Shown here: positions 17,434 through 20,000 of the stretch, piece after piece | Numbering within the stretch: position 1 is the stretch's first letter | Layout of the letters: each line of letters begins with the position of its first letter | DNA from: an uncultured virus (IMG/VR IMGVR_UViG_3300025572_000450) | Taxonomy: Duplodnaviria > Heunggongvirae > Uroviricota > Caudoviricetes | Reading direction: 5' to 3' (one strand) | IMG/VR virus record: IMGVR_UViG_3300025572_000450 | DNA length: 20,000 nt | Position numbers and translations under genes: made by a program | Notes under the pieces: generated by a model | The model's input: only the letters and a program-made list of their open reading frames with translations | What the model was told of the DNA's origin: nothing | Databases searched by the model: none

Positions 17434-17570
17434 ATGGCAATTGATACAACCGAAAAAAGACGCGATGCCGCGCAGACATGATGAATAACGTGCTCAGTAA
17501 CGCGGCAGGCATTCACACATATCTCAAGGAGAACTTTATCGCCGACGTTTTCAACGCCGTGCGGCGATAG
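17434..17570 (+). pseudogene. Probable internally deleted/frameshifted small gene (MAIDTTEKRRDAAQT* + MMNNVLSNAAGIHTYLKENFIADVFNAVRR*)
   Basis: Strong RBS AGGAG and ATG 17434, but TGA at 17479-17481; a second frame 17478-17570 ends just before the terminator. Confidence 0.5.
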
Positions 17571-17575
17571 GATCA

Positions 17576-17610
17576 AAAGCGAAACCCCTACCGAATCGGT
17601 AGGGGTTTTT
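17576..17610. terminator. Bidirectional intrinsic terminator
   Basis: AAACCCCTACCG-AAT-CGGTAGGGGTTT then TT; A-rich 5' flank; lies between convergent operons. Confidence 0.9.
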
Positions 17611-17612
17611 GA

Positions 17613-17687
17613 TGAGGCGAGAGGCAGGACTCGAACCTACAACACTCCCACTTTAAGTGGGTGCCATACCACTAGGCGACTCTCGCC
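17613..17687 (-). tRNA. Non-canonical tRNA / tRNA-like RNA, apparent anticodon TAA (Leu-derived)
   Basis: Minus strand: G GCGAGAG TC GCC TAGTGGTAT GGC A CCCAC TTAAA GTGGG AGTGTT GTAGG TTCGAGT CCTGC CTCTCGC C TCA. Acceptor, D and T arms all pair; U8, GG in D-loop and TTCGA present. Confidence 0.8.
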
Positions 17688-17697
17688 ATAGAGGTAG

Positions 17698-17919
17698 TTA
17701 CCGCCGCCGTCGCTGGTAGTCATCGTCGGCTTTGTCGATCGTTTCGTGGTGAATCAGCGCTACGGCATCGTTCCAGCCTTTGTTGTAGATAAACAACGAG
17801 AACATAATCGCCAAGAGACAACCTTGCACGGGAGGCGGTAGGGTTTGGAGCAGATGCCAGAAAATGCTTAGAATAAAGATAATAACCAGCCCAATGCCAT
17901 AGATGATCTCTGCCATCAT
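17698..17919 (-). CDS. Small two-helix membrane protein
   Basis: RBS GGAGG, ATGA overlap with upstream gene; two hydrophobic segments, charged C-terminus. Confidence 0.75.
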   Translation of the reverse strand: MMAEIIYGIGLVIIFILSIFWHLLQTLPPPVQGCLLAIMFSLFIYNKGWNDAVALIHHETIDKADDDYQRRRR

Positions 17920-18629
17920 TCCGCCTCCAAAGTATGCATAGTTGCCATCACACTCGGATCTTTTGCAAGGATGCGTAGCAAGCTTCCTAATTGCTGTCGA
18001 GGATCGGTAACCAACAGCTGGCCTGCTTGGCGTGGCCCTCGGCCTGTGATGATTTTCGCCTGGGCTAACAGATTCAAAAAGGCCGCTGCACTATCTTGGG
18101 TAAAGGTCATCACCTTCATATCGCGATGCTCGACACGCACCCATAAGCCATGCTGTTGCAGCTGGTCGACCGTTAAGCGGCTCGGCTGCGAAACCAGAAG
18201 AGCAGCATAGGCTAACAGCATCGAGCGCAGATCGAGCGGGTTGTACTCCCATTCCGAAACTTGTTGAGCTACCACGCGACCATCACCAGCAGTGAACTGC
18301 TCCAGCATAGCGTAGTGCCAATCGTCGACGCGCGCATAATAGCGTGTAACCCCGCTGGTCAAGACAGAGCGTAAGCTCCAAAACCACGACGCTCCACCAT
18401 AAATAAGTGTCCCGCCGACAATAACACCAAGCGAATTCCAGCCGCTCCACTCGCCATTAGGCAATGACACAATAAAGAGGATTCCTCCAAGCGCTGCGAC
18501 CACCACACCGAGCAGGGCTACTCCGAAGAGCGGGAGCAGCTCGCGCCACTGTGGCCGGCCTGCTTCGTTGAGATCCATTGGCCCGCTGGCCGGTGCTGAA
18601 ACGGTGGTTGTTGTTCGCCCCGAGAACAT
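17916..18629 (-). CDS. Two-TM membrane protein with possible C-terminal winged-helix (FtsK-gamma-like) domain
   Basis: RBS AGGAGG; TMs at about aa 31-55 and 65-84; TQDSAAAFLNLLAQAKIITGRGPRQAGQLLV resembles a wHTH recognition helix plus wing. Confidence 0.7.
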   Translation of the reverse strand: MFSGRTTTTVSAPASGPMDLNEAGRPQWRELLPLFGVALLGVVVAALGGILFIVSLPNGEWSGWNSLGVIVGGTLIYGGASWFWSLRSVLTSGVTRYYARVDDWHYAMLEQFTAGDGRVVAQQVSEWEYNPLDLRSMLLAYAALLVSQPSRLTVDQLQQHGLWVRVEHRDMKVMTFTQDSAAAFLNLLAQAKIITGRGPRQAGQLLVTDPRQQLGSLLRILAKDPSVMATMHTLEAE

Positions 18630-18638
18630 ACGCGCCTC

Positions 18639-19271
18639 CTAACCCTTTACACCATTTGTGTCTGTCGGCTGTTCTTGCTGTCTCACAACAGATACGTCAG
18701 GAGACAGAACAATGGTTTTACCTGTTATCTGCCGCTTGCGTCTTGAACAGGCCGAGTATTCTGCCAACGTCTCGTGTGTGCCATTGCACGCCTTGCATAC
18801 CCCAATAAAATGCGGTTTTAAGCGTTCCCCGTCGCTTCCGACAGGGTTTTGCTCCTGATGTAAAGACTTTTTCGGCTGGGAAAGGTGAAAATTGTAAGGC
18901 AGCATAACCGCAACCATTGCGCAATGGAGCCACGGCCAATCTTCACCAGCGTGAATCGCGTAGCTAATCAGACCAGAAAAAACCGCAGCGGCAATCAGTG
19001 TTATCCATGTCCACTTACCTGAACGACCTAAGCGAACACCTGCAAGGGTTGCTACTAATACCCCATCCATAGAGATGGCAGCAGCGATCGCACCGGCCAC
19101 AATGACAAGCGGCAACACATCGCCAACAAAGGAAGGGAGACTCATAAAAATCCCAGGCGCTTTGAGGCCGATCATACTAATGGCATACCACAGAGCGAGA
19201 TTCAAGCCATTGGATAAGCCAAGAGCCCAGAGCGGCCAGGTCTCCCATTTTGCCAATGATTGCTCAGTCAT
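18639..19271 (-). CDS. Four-TM membrane protein (SpdA/DUF2637-like) with C-terminal Cys/His knuckle
   Basis: RBS GGGAG, ATG 19271; hydrophobic helices including AAAISMDGVLVA; CKACNGTHETLAEYSAC. Confidence 0.7.
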   Translation of the reverse strand: MTEQSLAKWETWPLWALGLSNGLNLALWYAISMIGLKAPGIFMSLPSFVGDVLPLVIVAGAIAAAISMDGVLVATLAGVRLGRSGKWTWITLIAAAVFSGLISYAIHAGEDWPWLHCAMVAVMLPYNFHLSQPKKSLHQEQNPVGSDGERLKPHFIGVCKACNGTHETLAEYSACSRRKRQITGKTIVLSPDVSVVRQQEQPTDTNGVKG

Positions 19272-19417
19272 CACAATTGCTCCCAAGAATAAGCAATGAC
19301 GAAAGGTCCAAACGATAATCCAAATACGTTATTTGCACATACAATCCAAAACGACCAAAATGCCTGGCGACGAATAACAAGAACGCCTTGGCCGATCTGA
19401 AAGCATCTTTCTTTCAT
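19271..19417 (-). CDS. Small hydrophobic hypothetical protein, 48 aa (not in ORF track)
   Basis: MKERCFQIGQGVLVIRRQAFWSFWIVCANNVFGLSFGPFVIAYSWEQL*; its TGA overlaps the next ATG (TGATG) and it fills the gap in the operon. Confidence 0.55.
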   Translation of the reverse strand: MKERCFQIGQGVLVIRRQAFWSFWIVCANNVFGLSFGPFVIAYSWEQL

Positions 19418-19475
19418 ACTTCGCCATTTCTTGTGTGGGGCGGCAACTATCTACCGCCCACTGCAACCCTATACC

Positions 19476-20000
19476 CTAGAGATCGATCTCGCCGTCTTCT
19501 TCGTAATCCTTGTCGTCATCATCGTCTTGGCCTTGGCTGGCTTTAAGCTGCGCCTGGCGAGCTTCCCACTCGGCATTCCGAAGCTTGGCGATTTCCTGTT
19601 GAAGTGTGTTGTATTCCGCTTGGAGCGCATCCCGTTCTGCCACTAATACAGCCAGCTCATCGTTTGGATCGACTTCCGATACAGGGCGTTCACTATCTGG
19701 GATCGGCCAGTTAGACTTGGCTAAGTGCGCTCGCTGTTCGGAGATGCTGTACTGATATCGCTCGATATCATTGCGCGCCCACTCCAACTTTGAGGCCCGC
19801 TCGCGCTCGGTCTGGAACTGGTTGTGCATTTCGTCGACCATCGCCCGGGCGCGGATCATCGTCTGTTGTGGAGTTTCGTTGTCTTCAACCAGCAGCGAGA
19901 TGAAGAGCTTCTCATTTTCATAGTTGACCAGGTTGTATGTGCGGCTATAGCTGATGGTCGTTTGCGGTCGGACTTCTAAAAACTCCAATTCTTCGCTCAC
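19476..20000 (-). CDS. Hypothetical phage coiled-coil protein with acidic C-terminal tail (start may lie outside window)
   Basis: N-terminal ISYSRTYNLVNYENEK motif, two heptad-rich segments, tail DDDDDKDYEEDGEIDL. Confidence 0.8.
   Translation of the reverse strand: MSEELEFLEVRPQTTISYSRTYNLVNYENEKLFISLLVEDNETPQQTMIRARAMVDEMHNQFQTERERASKLEWARNDIERYQYSISEQRAHLAKSNWPIPDSERPVSEVDPNDELAVLVAERDALQAEYNTLQQEIAKLRNAEWEARQAQLKASQGQDDDDDKDYEEDGEIDL

Noticed and set aside
17452..17459. GAAAAAAG as a programmed frameshift joining the two remnant ORFs
   Set aside because: A_AAA_AAG is not in the required phase relative to ATG 17434.
17648..17660. Ochre-suppressor (TTA anticodon) reading or alternative genetic code
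   Set aside because: The centred triplet is TAA, and TAA, TAG and TGA all act as normal stops in well-defined genes here.
17613..17687. tRNA as prophage att site or boundary
   Set aside because: Full cloverleaf flanked on both sides by phage-type genes, with no integrase or duplicated core in the window; cannot be fully excluded.
19434..19461. GC-rich hairpin between minus-strand genes as terminator
   Set aside because: The stem is present but has no U tract on either strand; function unsupported.
19494..19523. FLAG-tag-like DDDDDKDY sequence suggesting an engineered construct
   Set aside because: Order differs from DYKDDDDK, it lies within a natural acidic tail, and there is no vector sequence.

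Overview
The window holds a nearly complete virion morphogenesis module of a long non-contractile-tailed (siphovirus-type) phage or prophage on the + strand (1-17570). Gene order: TerS C-terminus, TerL, portal fused to a MuF/SPP1 gp7-like domain, HK97 gp10-like gene, cysteine-poor Com-like small gene, XkdF-type prohead protease with a probable nested scaffold, major capsid, neck genes, tail tube, tail chaperone with a CCCAAAA -1 frameshift, tape measure, domain-decorated Dit, gp37-like hub, small tip protein and a broken remnant gene. A bidirectional terminator (17576-17610) separates this from a convergent minus-strand accessory operon. That operon encodes a coiled-coil protein, four hydrophobic/membrane proteins (one SpdA/DUF2637-like with a Cys/His knuckle, one with a possible FtsK-gamma-like winged helix) and a non-canonical tRNA (TAA anticodon, shrunken arms, extra G:C acceptor pair). 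No lysis genes, integrase or CRISPR array are visible. A Chloroflexota host is my impression from the protein styles only. All family assignments come from motif recognition and synteny, not database searches.
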